Source: Bugula neritina (lineage: Eukaryota > Animalia > Bryozoa). From it: a DNA stretch of 64,000 bases. Made by a program: the position numbers and the translations under genes. Of the stretch, positions 1 to 28,247 are shown piece by piece (the first letter of the stretch is position 1; each line of letters begins with the position of its first letter). The stretch lies in NCBI GenBank assembly GCA_964035545.1, contig OZ037767.1, positions 28,908,628-28,972,627 on the forward strand, written 5' to 3'. The notes beneath the pieces were generated by a model. The model worked only from the letters and a program-made list of their open reading frames with translations, had not been told where the DNA came from and ran no database searches.

Positions 1-793
1 ATCATAATGGCATTATTGTTTATTTTAAATAACTTTTAACTTCAAGTTTAGGTATAACACCAACAGTCGGCATAACCATAAATCATTTGGATTTATTCAA
101 GGCAAATATTTATTATTTATATTGACCTCAAAAAGGTTCACCATCACCATGGGCATGAGTGATCACTAATTACTAATTAGTATATAATAATAATTGTGTG
201 GTACCACTCAAGTGATTGTATAGAGTAGACATAATGGTTGCACTTATAGACGTTAGATTGTGCTCATTCACGCTGATTATTTTGTTATAATCAAAATGAA
301 GAAAACTATCAGTATCAGTATTGCAATATAAATATCATTGTAGTTTCTTACCAAGAACCATTAGAGACACCAGAGTGAATATAAAAAATAATTAACACAA
401 TTTTCAATTTTCAGTCAAACTGATTTCAAGCTATAATAAAACGAGACACTTCTATGACATAACGTTCCCAATTGTTCGATATCTTCAAAGGTACTTGTTC
501 TATGCTGTATAGTTCAAGCTTTCAAATACAATGTTTAATTAGAATAAAAATGTTACGAGTAAGTTGAATAAATGTGTACTTTATCTCTTAGTCTCATTAT
601 GACATGGTATCAGTTAGTTGAGTTTGTGATACCTTAAGATATAGATAAATGTTGCATCCCTTCAAACTGTAGGTAAAACACATTCATTTTTACTCCTACT
701 TTTAAATAGAGTGTGCTCATTTAGCATAAAATGGCTGACCAAGGTTATTCAACATAAAAGTGTAAATTAATTTAAAAGGTTGAATTGTTTTAG

Positions 794-3606
794 AGATACT
801 ACCCAGTGGACTATGATCCTGCTAAAATTCCTAAGCTCAAAACCAAGCAGAAGGAGCAAAACCGTTTGTGGGGTATTCGAGTGATGGCCCCTTTTAATAT
901 GAGGTACTTGTGGATCTTGCTAACTGCCATTATGAAGAACTTAGATAACATATCAAGCATTAAAACTATTTTTTTATGACTACTTCTTATTTTGTGGACA
1001 GTTCATTATCAATGTTATATATCATGTATTATTTCAAAAATGTTACCTGTGTGATTTGATAAAAACAGATCTATCTAATTTCTATTCTTTATTTCAATAA
1101 TTAATATTTGTATTTATGCAGATGTAATACATGTGGAGACTACATCTACAAGGGTAAAAAGTTTAACTCAAAAAAGGAGACGGTTTCAAATGAAGATTAT
1201 CTGGGAATAGAGATTCACAGGTTTTATATTAGATGCCCAAAATGTGTAGCTGTTATAGCTTTCAAGGTAGGCCTTGGTATTCCCCTAGTCCGTTAATACG
1301 ACCTCATTTATAATAATTAGCAATATAATTTGTTTTAGCACCACATTGGCGCCCGTGTATTCATTAACCTTTGAACTTTCGAAGCATTTCAGTTATTCTG
1401 AAATAACTACAAACTCACACTGGAGGCGATGCATCTGCCAATAATTTTAGATCAGAATTGCCAATTCTGGCAGACTCTTTTTTTAGTGATTTTTAACTTT
1501 AGAATAGATGCGTATTAGTAATTGACTATTAATAATTGATCATTAGTAATTGACTATTAGGAGTTGAGTGAGTTTACAGCTGCAAGTTTTGCTGTAGACT
1601 GACCCCAAGAACTGTGACTACACCCTGGAAACAGGCGCAACCAGAAACTTTGAAGCTGCTAAAACTTTAATGGAGCAGGAAAAGAAAAAGCAGCAAGCAA
1701 TAGAAGATGAAGAGGCAGCAAATCCTATGAAGGTCAGCGCCATATAAAAGCCTCACTCTTCTGGCAGAAATTATTAGTTGTATCTATTACCTAGGTTAAA
1801 AGATCTATTCAATTGAAGTTGAATAATTAGATTATTTAAGTTTTATAATTGTTGATGCCATTTTATTTCATCATTTATGCATGAGCTGATGCATTACTGA
1901 GCTCATTTCTGGAGTATTGCATGTGGTGAAATTTAAGGTGCTAGAAAATCGAACAAAACAGAGCCGTAATGAGATGGACACGATGGAAGCTTTGACTGAG
2001 CTGCGAGAAAGGAATGCACGCCATCAGAAAGTTGACGGTGACGAAATTATGAGAAAAGCCAAGTTATACCAACAAGAGTTAAAGCGTTTGCAAAAGGAAG
2101 AGGAGGATTGTCTAATTAGGTATATACATTCCTGACCTATATAGTCTAATTAGGTATATACATTCCTGACCTATATAGTCTAATTAGGTATATACATTTC
2201 TGACCTATATAGTCTAATTAGGTATATACATTCCTGACCTATATAGTCTAATTAGGTATATACATTCCTGACCTATATAGTCTAATTAGGTGTGTACATT
2301 CCTGACCTATATAGTCTAATTAGGTATATACATTCCTGACCTATATAGTCTAATTAGGTATATACATTCCTGACCTATATAGTCTAATTAGGTATATACA
2401 TTTCTGACCTATATAGTCTAATTAGGTGTATACATTCCTGACCTATATAGTCTAATTAGGTATATACATTCCTGACCTATATAGTCTAATTAGGTATATA
2501 CATTCCTGACCTATATAGTCTAATTAGGTATATACATTTCTGACCTATATAGTCTAATTAGGTATATACATTTCTGACCTATATAGGCTAATTAGGTGTA
2601 TACATTCCTGACCTATATAGTCTAATTAGGTGTATACATTCCTGACCTATATAGTCTAATTAGGTATATTCATTCCTGACCTATATAGTATAATGTCAAA
2701 ACTCGAAAACCTACTCTTAACTTTTAATTTGGAGAAATATTTTGTCTGGAAAGTATTTATTACAAATTATCTTCTATTTTTAATAATCATGTTGAGAAAT
2801 TTCATTTTTCCAATGTTTTCTTCGTCTAGCAAATAATGTAGTATTTAAGGTTAACAGATCGTATTTACTCGATTTAATTTCCTATTCAAGTACTCTGGTA
2901 ATTCGGAAATGGTTTTCCTCTAAAAATATTCATTCTCCGTCTAAAGTTTGGAAAATCTGGTTGCTGACGTAAAATATAGAATGACCATTTATTAATTTGT
3001 GAATTGGGCCTATTGATAAGAAGTGTAAGAGAAGTAACTCCCAATTAGTGTATAGCGTACAGTATGTTATGTTACAGAGACCTCTTTGGTGCTGAAGATG
3101 CTAATGGAGAGAGAATAAGACGAATCGACTCGGATGAAGATGATCCTCTTCCATTCAAAAGAGCCAAAGTGAAGACAGAATCCCCTTATGATTTCCTTGG
3201 CCAGTCGGTAAGATTTCACAGATTCTTGTTGTCTACTATACATCTGCTCTGGTATTTTTGCTTTAATGTAACTTACCATGCATATTTTAATGTGTATTTT
3301 ATTTAAATTAGTATGTCTATAAGCAATGTTAGACATAATTATGCATGACTCTATGATAACCCTTTCATTTATAATAGTAAAGAGCACAACCAACATGATC
3401 ATATTAGCTGGTATGTATTAATAGCTTCTAATGTAATATTTGAGGTGTTCCTGTAATGTTGAAAACGCTTCTACTTTTAGACAAACCCACCTTCTACTAC
3501 AAAGTTGGTTCGTTTGAAAAAACGTCAACAAGTCAAGCCAATTGGAGCTTTAGGTATGCTCGGTGACTACAGTTATAGCAGTGAAAGTGGCTCGGATAAT
3601 GAATAA
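794..3606 (+). CDS. YJU2: Splicing factor YJU2 (CCDC94/Cwc16); first coding exon uncertain
   Basis: Exons 794-903, 1122-1266, 1598-1732, 1938-2119, 3078-3207, 3481-3606 (828 nt, in phase). Motifs [69 protein letters not shown] and C-terminal [13 protein letters not shown] match the family. A candidate first exon is 550-558 (ATGTTACGA|GTAAGT). Confidence 0.95.
2110..2688. repeat. 34-bp minisatellite, ~17 copies, containing the YJU2 5' splice site
   Basis: Unit GTCTAATTAG|GTATATACATTCCTGACCTATATA. The first copy includes the last 10 nt of exon 1938-2119. Confidence 0.97.
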
Positions 3607-5199
3607 ACTCAGCTATATTCATATATTATTACTCTCATAATTTTTTGTTATCACAGACAAAAATTAGCATATTTTGGGAAATAGTATGACATTTATGGAA
3701 TTCAATATGATGTTTCCAAGCTGTTTATTTTTTATAAATGATGTAAATTTGTATAAAAGTGAATTATAATAACAAAATAAAATTTCAACCCATTTGTGAA
3801 CCATGACATTTTGTTACTCAAAAAATGCTAACCTACCAATATTCTTTTAAACACAAAACAGAAAAATCAGATTATAACTTATAAGTTTAATTTTGCTAAC
3901 ATTATATTCAATATTACATTGCACACCATGTAACAGTTTATTATGCTATTCAATATGTAACCACATCACTATAGTTGGTAATATCGCGATATCCCCAATT
4001 GTGCTATAAAGGTGAAATCCAACACCTAATTCCAATAATCATAATGTGGTGGGCTTTTGTTCATTCAGCAACAAAAGAACTCTATTGATAATTGAAGTTA
4101 TCTACTCCCGCGCATGACGACGCTCTTACAAAGTAGGTAAAGGGGGAGCATCTACAATTTCTTCATTTGGTTTCGAGGTTTACGTATTTTTCGTTTTATA
4201 TTTTTATAAAATATTGTTTGATTTAAACTTTGAGTGTTTTATAAAAAGCAATTTGTTATAAAACGGTTGTTGAAATTGAAAACATATGTGTCATGAAAAT
4301 TAGCTCACTATAAAGTTAAGTTCAAGGCCATCTATAGTAGTACGGAGTTTTAACACACAAATTACTTGTACTTGATGTTAGTAAGAATAGGATTTGGTAA
4401 GTAACTGCCCTAAAATTTCATAATTAAATACTTATTTCTAATATATGTGTTAGGCATGCTATTTACAGACTGGTTACAACTTTTAGATTTTATTTACGTG
4501 TCTAATTATATAAAAATGACTAGCCTACTTCTATAGGGTTAGTTTCATTTTAGTTTTAGAGAAGACAATTCCATAAACACGTAGACCTTTTTGCTTGATC
4601 ATAAATAAAAATCTGGCAGTGAAAAAGTTATAATAACTAATATAAAATTGTCTCAAACATATGTCATGTTGACAATTCTTATGTTTTGAAGTTTGCCAAG
4701 ATTATTTAAATTTTTAATTTGTGCAAAGTGATAATTTATTGCCTGTTATGTTATGTAAAATATAAGATTTTGATTTACATAATTTTCATTTTAGATTTAC
4801 TTTTCCAACTACTAAAACTAAAAGTACAATACTATTAGTATTACTATTGTTATTGATGAAATGCTAATAGTAATGCTAGTACTTAATATTTTACTCTTAG
4901 AATTGTGGAGTATTGTTACTATTGTTGTTAGTCAAACTACTGAATTTAAAATGATTTAAAAGCTATAATTTATTGTTATTTACTTATTACTATTGTGAGT
5001 AATAGTATTACCACACTTATTGTTAATGTAGGCTTAAGTTTCACTTTTTCTGTATTTGCATATTAATAAAAAATTATGTTATAGTTAGGTCTGTTGGCTG
5101 CCATCAAATAACCAAGTGGTTCAGCTTGGAATTTAATCTATATAAGTGCTACTACATATCAATTTAAAAAGAGTAAAAAACTCACACAAGTTTTTAGTC

Positions 5200-5310
5200 A
5201 TTATTTCTGTGAGCACCCTTGGTGGAAAGGGCTAAATACTCATTCCTAGCATCACCAATGGCCGTTACTGGGGTTTAAACGCTCTAGCCCCTAGACCACT
5301 GCTACTCCCT
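5200..5310 (-). mobile_element. Possible degenerate tRNA-derived SINE fragment
   Basis: The minus strand reads AGCAGTGGTCTAGGGGCTAGAGCGTT...GGCCATTGGTGATGCTAGGAA. This is an A-box-like head in a GC-richer island within an AT-rich region. Confidence 0.3.
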
Positions 5311-5978
5311 ACATGCAAAAAGAGTAGCTCTGAAAATTATTAGTTTAGTTTAGGTAATTGACTTTGGATTAACTCATTCTGTTTTTGCCTAGAGTAAGCA
5401 ACATAATAGATGTAATTGGTTAGTAGCCAATGATTAGCTAATAGGAAATTTGTTCAACTGCTGTTGCCTAGTTTCAAGGGTGACATTGATTTTTAATTTT
5501 AAAACTTATTTATTATTGTTATAAATGTTTATAATATTTATTATTTATTTTGATTGGGATTTTTTATCATTTTGTGATCTATTATACGAATACAAAGTGC
5601 TTAGGATTGATAACTACAGGCCGTTTTATAAGAGTTGTGATGATGGAGCTCATATTACACTTTAACTATTGTTATTGAATTAATTATTAATTTTGCTTGA
5701 TTGTTCTATAAATTTCATTACTTTTAGTATTTAGTTATTGGCCTGTTGGGATGATGATTTAGTTATACATAACTGCGGAATTAGCCTTTAGTAATTAGTT
5801 ACCAGTCTTTTGGGATAATGATTTAGTTATATATAATATTGGTGTAACTGTGGGATTTGGAAGAAAAGGTCAAGATCTCATAATACTTCTTACTTCTAGC
5901 TATGGCAGTTACACTTTCAAACATAGTTTTCACTATTTTTTATTTAGACCTTTGTGAATAGTGGGGTTACTGTATGAC

Positions 5979-20357
<14,379 letters not shown>

Positions 20358-23300
20358 TGAATAGCCTATGGGACGGAAGATAGAAAGATATTAAACCCTG
20401 TATATATTAGTAGAAGTCCGCAAGAGTAGATATTGTATTTCATCTGGTGGTGCTAATTAATGCAGCAATCAAATATAACGTTTTTATCTGCTTTTTGTTG
20501 TGTTTTAAAAAGCTGATGTTAGAATAATTTGCCTTTCTCATATTTTATTATTTGCCAGATCACGTTTTGGATTTTAGACAATCACTTAGTCTAGCTTTAG
20601 ATTAATATAATTATGTATTGTTGTACATAGCACATCTGTCCTGTAATCTTATTGTATGTTTACTCTGATATTAGTTTCTAGACTTGAGTAGTTGTGGTGT
20701 ATCGCGTGGGTTTTAGCCAATCATAAAGCATGATGCGCGGTTCTCAAGTTCACCTCTATCTCGAATTCTGTCACATTTTTAATATAACTGTCTAATCTAC
20801 CCTTACTTCTTGCTATTCTGGTGTTACATGTTTCATTATAATCACTTTGTTGAATTTAGAATAAAGTTTATTAAATTAATACATGCATTGCTATGGTCGA
20901 ACATCCAACTATGAAAACGTGTCACTGATGATAAGATAACTCCGTTTTCATCAGATAAGCATTTTCGTAAAAATAATATGATAACTGCAACTATAAGCCA
21001 TATGAGCAAAACATTGTTATTTTGATTATATTATATTCATTGCAGAAAAACTATTTTTCCACAGGTTTTGAAAAGAAATTATTGACTTTATTATTAATTG
21101 GTATCCTTATTGTAGACCGCACAATGAACTGGAAAAGAGTTATTATTTCTAGTTCAGTGAGACCGCAAAACTGTTTAAACAGACAACCCTATCTTTGTTT
21201 TGTCACGTGCGCATGATCATGTGGTTTAGAATTGGTGATAATATTATGTTTCCTGTGTCATTCAATTGCCTTTGGCTTGGGGAGGCTGAATAAAATCTCT
21301 AAAGTTGGACTGATGTAGAATTAGCCGTAATTGTAAGTATCTCCGTAGTATGTAGTATTTTGTAATGTGCTCTATCTATGATGTTTTTCAACATGGTTAT
21401 TTTTACATTGTGATTGTGTGTTTAATTTAGTTTTACTGACAGTTACAATGCCAAACTGAAACTGAATATCATTGAATTTAATTTAAATTAACATTAGTGC
21501 TAGTATTGCCACTAGTATTAGCATAACATTTACTATACTTACCTACTACGTTTACTTACTACACTTTACAATCAGTGTGAGTCACTCACTAAGTGTTACT
21601 AACAGTGACGGTGATGATTAACTGAAAAACTATGACTATGAGTATGAGTATCAGTGTGACTATTGTAATTGTATTAGTATTACTATGACCCAGCATAGTC
21701 ATAGTGGTAGTATGAGTATGGCTATCTTATACGATACCCATATTATCACCATGGAATTGAATGAGTGACACTATCACTATGATTATGGCTATCGCTGTAA
21801 GCAGTTAGTAAGTGCACCACTATCAGTATGTACTATTAGATTAATAATGATCAATGGCCTAAACTTATCTTACTAATACTAATACTAATAGTATTACACA
21901 TTAGGTATACTTATGCTTATAGTTATTAATTAAAGTATCTCAATTCGTAATTGTCATACAGTATAACTATAATGTTGGATACTATTATTAGTAATGACTA
22001 ATTAGTATGTTCACCTCCAATATGTACTTTATCACTATCACAATGAGTATGAATATTGCCATTAATATCAAGATGTTAGATATTAGAATTGGTTTTACTT
22101 TTGATTACCATGTCTATTATGATGGTCACCTCATGCATAAAGTACAGGAATTTCTGAGTTCGTACTTCTTTCTACTATATATATTTTCTCTAAGTGCTTG
22201 AATCATCATTTATGTAACTATTATTTGAGTTTTATTTATTGCCTGTATTATTATATAGCAGTTGGTTTATCTTACAATTGTAAGTGCTACCTTTACCTTA
22301 TAATAGGTGTACATGCAGGACTATGCCGTTGTGTGTAACTACTTGAGTTATTTAACCATTTCTTCTGGCTTACAAATTGTCACTTCTGCCCTCTTTAAAA
22401 AAAGAACATTTAGCTATAAATGGAGTTGTGAATTCTATAGTTAGGATTTTACAGATCTAATTTATACCGAGACATCTTCCAAACTTCTGATTAGCACATT
22501 TCCAGATTGAATTGAAGTCGACTTTGTAGGTTATTGGAGTTGTGTTCCTAACTAGTGGTTAAGAATCAGTAGCAGAGAAAGCAAGAACCTCAGCATTATT
22601 ATTATTATATATTAATTATATTATTATATATTAGTTATATTATTCTATTATTTGTATTATATACTAATTATATTATTATATTATCATTATGACTCTGTAC
22701 ATTACCCATTATAATTATAATTATTAATGTAGTTAGATTATTTAGTTTCATTTTTCATCATTTTCATAGTTATTGTTATTGGGATTATGATAATGATTAA
22801 TTTTTAACTGACGTTGATATTGTGTTTACTTAGTCAATTAGATTTATTAATTTAAGGTTATTCTTTTATAAATTGAAATTAATTGTATTCAGTTGTTTTT
22901 CTCACTCCTGGAGATTTCAGTTCATAGTAATAATTAAATTGCTTAGCTTAGTAAATAAAATTATAATAAGTAAATTTCAAGTTGTTATATTGTTATGCTT
23001 CAAGCAGGGCTTCAACATGCTCATAAAAATCCTCAACTTCTATGCTTGTAACAGTTGATAACTTCAACTGCATTGCATTATAACTAAATGTTGGTAGTTT
23101 GTGTAATACAGTTTAACCTTGACTTAAAGTATTCAAGTTATGCCATAAATAGAACAAAATGATTTATTATGATGGTAACATACAGTTAAACCTTACGTGG
23201 TTCAAAAATAGAGCTGGCATTTTTTGATGAAGTTGTTCTAAAAATAACAAATCATATTTACAAAATACTTATAATTCTATCATTATACAAGTAAATTAAA

Positions 23301-23412
23301 TAGCATATTTATTTATGTACTTGTTAGGTGTGTGTATTTCCTTTCTATAAGTATAATTATGTGTGTATTTGCGTAATAGGTATTGATTTTCCATGATTAG
23401 GTATAAGATAAC

Positions 23413-26400
23413 ATGGCAGTCAGTCCCTTAAAGCGAGGCTTCAATGCGTTGTTCAGGCTGAAGACTGTAGACTATGATAATGTTGAGCAGACTAAACTGG
23501 ATCGCTGCCTCAACACCCTCGACCTCACAGCTTTAGGTTTGTTCTCACCTCTAATTCACTCAGTCAGTGTATATACAGATAACTATTAGTGTATGTACAG
23601 ATAACTACTATGTATACACAGATAACTACTAGTGTATGTACAGATAACTACTAATGTATGTACAGATAACTACTAGTGTATATACAGATAACTACTAGTG
23701 TATGTACAGATAACTACTAGTCACTAGTGTATGTACAGATAACTACTAGTGTATGTACAGATAACTACTAGTGTATGTACAGATAACTACTAGTGTATGT
23801 GCAGATAACTACTAGTGTATGTACAGGTAACTACTAGTGTATGTACAGATAACTACTAGTGTATATACAGATAACTACTAGTGTATATACAGATAACTAC
23901 TAATGTATGTACAGGTAACTACTAGTGTATCCATACTACTACAGGTATAGGCAGTACTCTAGGGGCGGGGATCTATGTCGTAGCTGGACAAGTAGCCAAA
24001 GAACATTCCGGGCCCTCCGTTGTCATATCTTTCTTCATAGCTGCGGTGGCCTCAGTGTTTGCAGGTATTTATAGACCTTTGTGTTGAATTTATAGAGCTT
24101 TGTGTTGAATTTATAGAGCTTTGTGTTGAATTTATAGAGCTTTAAAACCCATAACCAATATTTAAAGTATTGTTAATAATTTTAGAGCTTCGAATAAGGA
24201 ATTTCATGGTGCTCATTTATTGATATCAAATTACATGATGTTCACTGCCCATACTCAAAGTATAGTTACTAACTTGTTATTGTTGTTTCAGGGCTATGCT
24301 ATGCAGAGTTTGGGGCTAGGGTACCAAAGACCGGCTCAGCATATGTATACACGTATGTGACGGTTGGGGAGTTCCTTGCATTCATCATTGGCTGGAACCT
24401 CATCTTAGAATATGTCATTGGTGTGTGATATGCAACATTCTAGTGCCTGTGATTTTTACTCCTGTACAGGGGGGGGGAGTGTACCCTCACATATAATCGC
24501 CCCTTACTATGTGCTAACTTGTCCTGTATCTTAGTGTGTTTATTACAGGTACAGCCAGCGTGGCCAGTGCCTGGTCTCACTACTTCGACTCTCTAATTGA
24601 GAATAAAATCAGTAATTTCTTCAACGAGACGATGCCTATTCACGTTGACTTCTTGGGTCCATATCCCGACTTCTTTGCCTTCGCCATCTCTCTACTATTA
24701 GCAAGTGAGAGTTTATCTGCTTTGTTCTTCGGTGCTTGTTTCTAGTTGCTTATTCAGTAGTTTAAGTAAATGTTGTTCATGTTTTCAGTACAGTAACAAA
24801 TTATCTCCATTTTATATATCTAGAATCAAAGGAATGACAACTTCAGATTATATTCACTTTTATATTAGTAAACTCTGAAAATAGTATAAGTATATGTATA
24901 TCAAGTGAATCTTTCACCCAATAAAATTTATTTAAGTTAAGTTATTCTTCCCTGTTTGCATATGTCTGTGTGAATTGACAGTCACATGTCCTCACACTAG
25001 TATAACACGACTGCGTTCTCTTCCAGTTATCCTAGCTATCGGGGTGAAGGAATCCACCACCTTCAACAACATCTTCACTGGTGTCAATCTGCTGGTGGTA
25101 CTCTACGCCGTCATTTGTGGTGCTTTCAAGGCCAATGGGGAGAACTGGGCCCTCCCTCCACACACCTCCTATGATACGGTACTGGGAATAATATTGTGGT
25201 TATTGTTGTAGTATGTTATTGTTACTATGAAAACTTTCGGTTGGATAGCTCATGTTTCTGCTGGACTGAAAAGATTATCTGCTACTCAACATTGTAGCGA
25301 GTCTTGTATACAATAAATATATATGTGATACTATGCATCATGATCCCACAGTATACTGCTAATATCATACATGTAATTCTACAGTCTAATGCTGCTGTAC
25401 ACAGTTTATCTGACTGGTTGCTTATAAGCCTATGTCTTGCTACAATGACTTCTGCTGCATATTTACACGTTTTTCTCTTTTCTAATTGGGTAAATCTTTG
25501 TAACACAGAAAACACATACATACGTAACGGATGAAGGAGGTTTCGTTCCATTCGGCTTCTCGGAGATGTTAGCTGGAGCCTCGACTTGTTTCTACGCATT
25601 TGTTGGCTTTGATGCTATAGCTACTACAGGTATTATGTGCTATAGCTGCTATAGGTAATATGTGCTATAGCTGCTACAGGTAATATGTGTTATAGCTACT
25701 ACAGGTATTATGTGTTATAGTATGTATGTACAATAGTATGTATATAGTAGAAAACAACAGGTCATATACATACGAGTAAATACTCTGTATATTTAGGAGA
25801 GGAAGTCAAGAATCCCCAGAAAGCCATTCCAATCAGCATTATAACCTCTCTAATAAGCTGCTGCCTTGCCTACTGCAGTGTGTCCATCATACTGACACTG
25901 ATGGTGCCGTACTACAACATGGACCACGACGCCCCCCTACCACTAGCGTTCAAGGCCGTGGGCTATCCAGTCGCACAGTGGATTATAGCTATAGGTTCGT
26001 AACAGACTTACAGGAAACAACACTGACATGATTAGGTAGCAGGTTTTCTAAGTCTGAAAGATATGATAGAGCACATATATTGAGATTATCAGATGCCCTT
26101 TTTTAAAACTGATTTTCTTACTTCTAATCTTAACTCCATAATTTTTTTATAAACAGCTGTTTTTGTATCCGCAAAACTATATTCTTGGTACTCATGACCC
26201 AAATATAGGTTAGGCCTCAAGTTCAACTGCAGCTTTCAATTGCTCAAACTGAAGGTTAAAGTGTCGTTGGGGGGGGGGGGGGGGTGGAAAGCTCAAAATC
26301 TTTTGATATCGAAGCTGGGCAAGAATAGGGCACAGTTCTTCAGACCTCTCCACATCTCAATCATGTCAGAGTGTAAGGAGTGTAGGGGATATAGAGGGGG

Positions 26401-28247
26401 TATACAGTGTAGGGGTTCAGAGTGTAGTGAATTATTTCCTTCTGTAATATTTCCAGGTGCTATCGCTGGGCTCTCTACAAGTCTGCTAGGTGCGATGTTC
26501 CCTCTGCCTCGTATTCTATACGCCATGGCATCTGATGGTCTCATCTTCAGGTGGCTGGCCACCATCAATCCCAGATTCAAAACTCCGTTTATCGCCACTC
26601 TTCTTTCTGGACTGTTTGCAGGTCTGTTTGTTTGATGTAATATTTCATAGCCTGAAGTACTTAGTAACACGAGTATATAACTCCTGCCTGTTTTCTATAA
26701 ATCAGTATAGTTCTGATCTCGTGTTTTGTAGGTGCCATGGCTTTAATATTTGCCTTGACTGAGTTGGTAGACATGATGTCTATAGGGACCCTCATGGCGT
26801 ATACACTAGTTGCATGCAGTGTGCTGCTGCTAAGGTAAACGCCTATAAGTCTATAAGTACTCATTATATATTTATATCTATCAAAAGGGAACCTTTATTG
26901 ATACATTCTGGATGTCAAGAAGTTGAATTCAAGTATTAAATATTGGACTTCTTTTCATTTATTTTGAATGCTCTGATATAATGCTTTTTCTTCTTTTCCA
27001 ATTTTGTAAAAAGAGAAATCAGCTGATATTTTATGCTCATACAATTGGTAGGAGTTGTTTGCTTGAAAGTTGACAAATCTATGTTATATATAATGATCTA
27101 CTGCAAGCCTCTCTTTGAAACTGTTCTTTTATCTTTGCTATAGATACAAAGCAGACGATACAGTCATAGATAGCCCCGGTGATGCATCAGAGAGACATCC
27201 TACCAAACATACTCAACGAATAGTAGCTTATTGTATTGTTGGCATGGGTAAGTGCAAGACCCAAGGCTAAATTAAATCACATACTTGCGCTGCTTTTGCA
27301 TCCTAGTAAATAAGTCTCTTAAACAGTAATTCAATAAAATCATGTTTAATCTTGTATTCTATGAGAATAATAATAGTAATTGCTACTTTTTTCATAAATT
27401 TAATTTAGTTTATGGTTTTGAATTTGTTTGTAAAAAAGTATAGGTGGTGGAGTAGAGAGGTGAACTGGTGAACTAGATTTGACGTTTTTGTTTTCGTTGG
27501 TAAATGATTTAATGGCAATGCTTTAATATAATAGAGAAATTTGGCCACCTTTTGCAGCCGGTTTCGCTATCCTCATGGGAATTGCGGTGATGGTGGCAGG
27601 CCTGGACGTGCTGCCTGTGCCCAATGTCTACTATATCTGGCTGCTGCTTGGAGTAGGCGTTATTGGAGTTGTGGCCCTGCTCGTTGTCATATACAGACAA
27701 CCACAGAACCAGCAGGCCTGTACCTTCAAAGTACCATTCCTACCAATAGTATCAGCTCTCAGCATCTCCATCAATATCATACTCATGTTGAAGTTGTCTT
27801 CTGCTACATGGATACGATTCGGAGTCTGGATGGCCATAGGTATGGTGTAATGAATATCTGTGATAACATAACTGATACATCTGTATATATCAATGTTGAT
27901 AAAATTGCATAAGTTAATGAATTGGTGTGTAATATTGTCCTTAGTTGTTAGAAATTATCTCATTAAGAACAGATTACTCCTATTGTGATAAATGGGAACG
28001 CCATGGATAAACTGATCATGGCTAGTGTTATACAATATAAACTCATTTAAATATACGGCTCTTCTAATGAAGGCATCAACTGTTTAGTTGGATTGCACAT
28101 CATGACATGTATTTCTTCTATGCAGGGTTTGCTGTGTATTTTGGGTATGGAGTATGGAAGAGCAGTGAACGTCAAGTGAACGGAGAGTATCGTTCTCTAA
28201 TCAACCATCGAGAGTCGAGCAAATCCTCAGCCGAGGACAGTGATTAA
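23413..28247 (+). CDS. Cationic amino acid transporter (SLC7A1-3/CAT family, APC superfamily), ~591 aa
   Basis: Exons 23413-23536, 23945-24064, 24292-24420, 24549-24704, 25027-25178, 25509-25629, 25797-25994, 26457-26621, 26732-26834, 27144-27247, 27558-27839, 28126-28247 (1776 nt). Motifs [93 protein letters not shown]. Confidence 0.96.
23565..23935. repeat. 22-bp minisatellite, ~16 copies, filling an SLC7 intron up to the acceptor
   Basis: Unit GTGTATGTACAGATAACTACTA. Confidence 0.95.
24068..24142. repeat. 21-bp tandem repeat, ~3.5 copies, directly after a donor site
   Basis: Unit ATTTATAGAGCTTTGTGTTGA. Confidence 0.85.
25613..25720. repeat. 25-bp tandem repeat, ~4 copies, duplicating an exon end and donor
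   Basis: Unit GCTATAGCTACTACAG|GTATTATGT. Confidence 0.88.

Noticed and set aside
2110-2688. 34-bp repeats of CRISPR-like length
   Set aside because: Head-to-tail copies with no unique spacers, no cas genes, and a eukaryotic intron context.
21101-21108. GTATCCTT on the plus strand
   Set aside because: Intergenic, with no associated exon or branch site.
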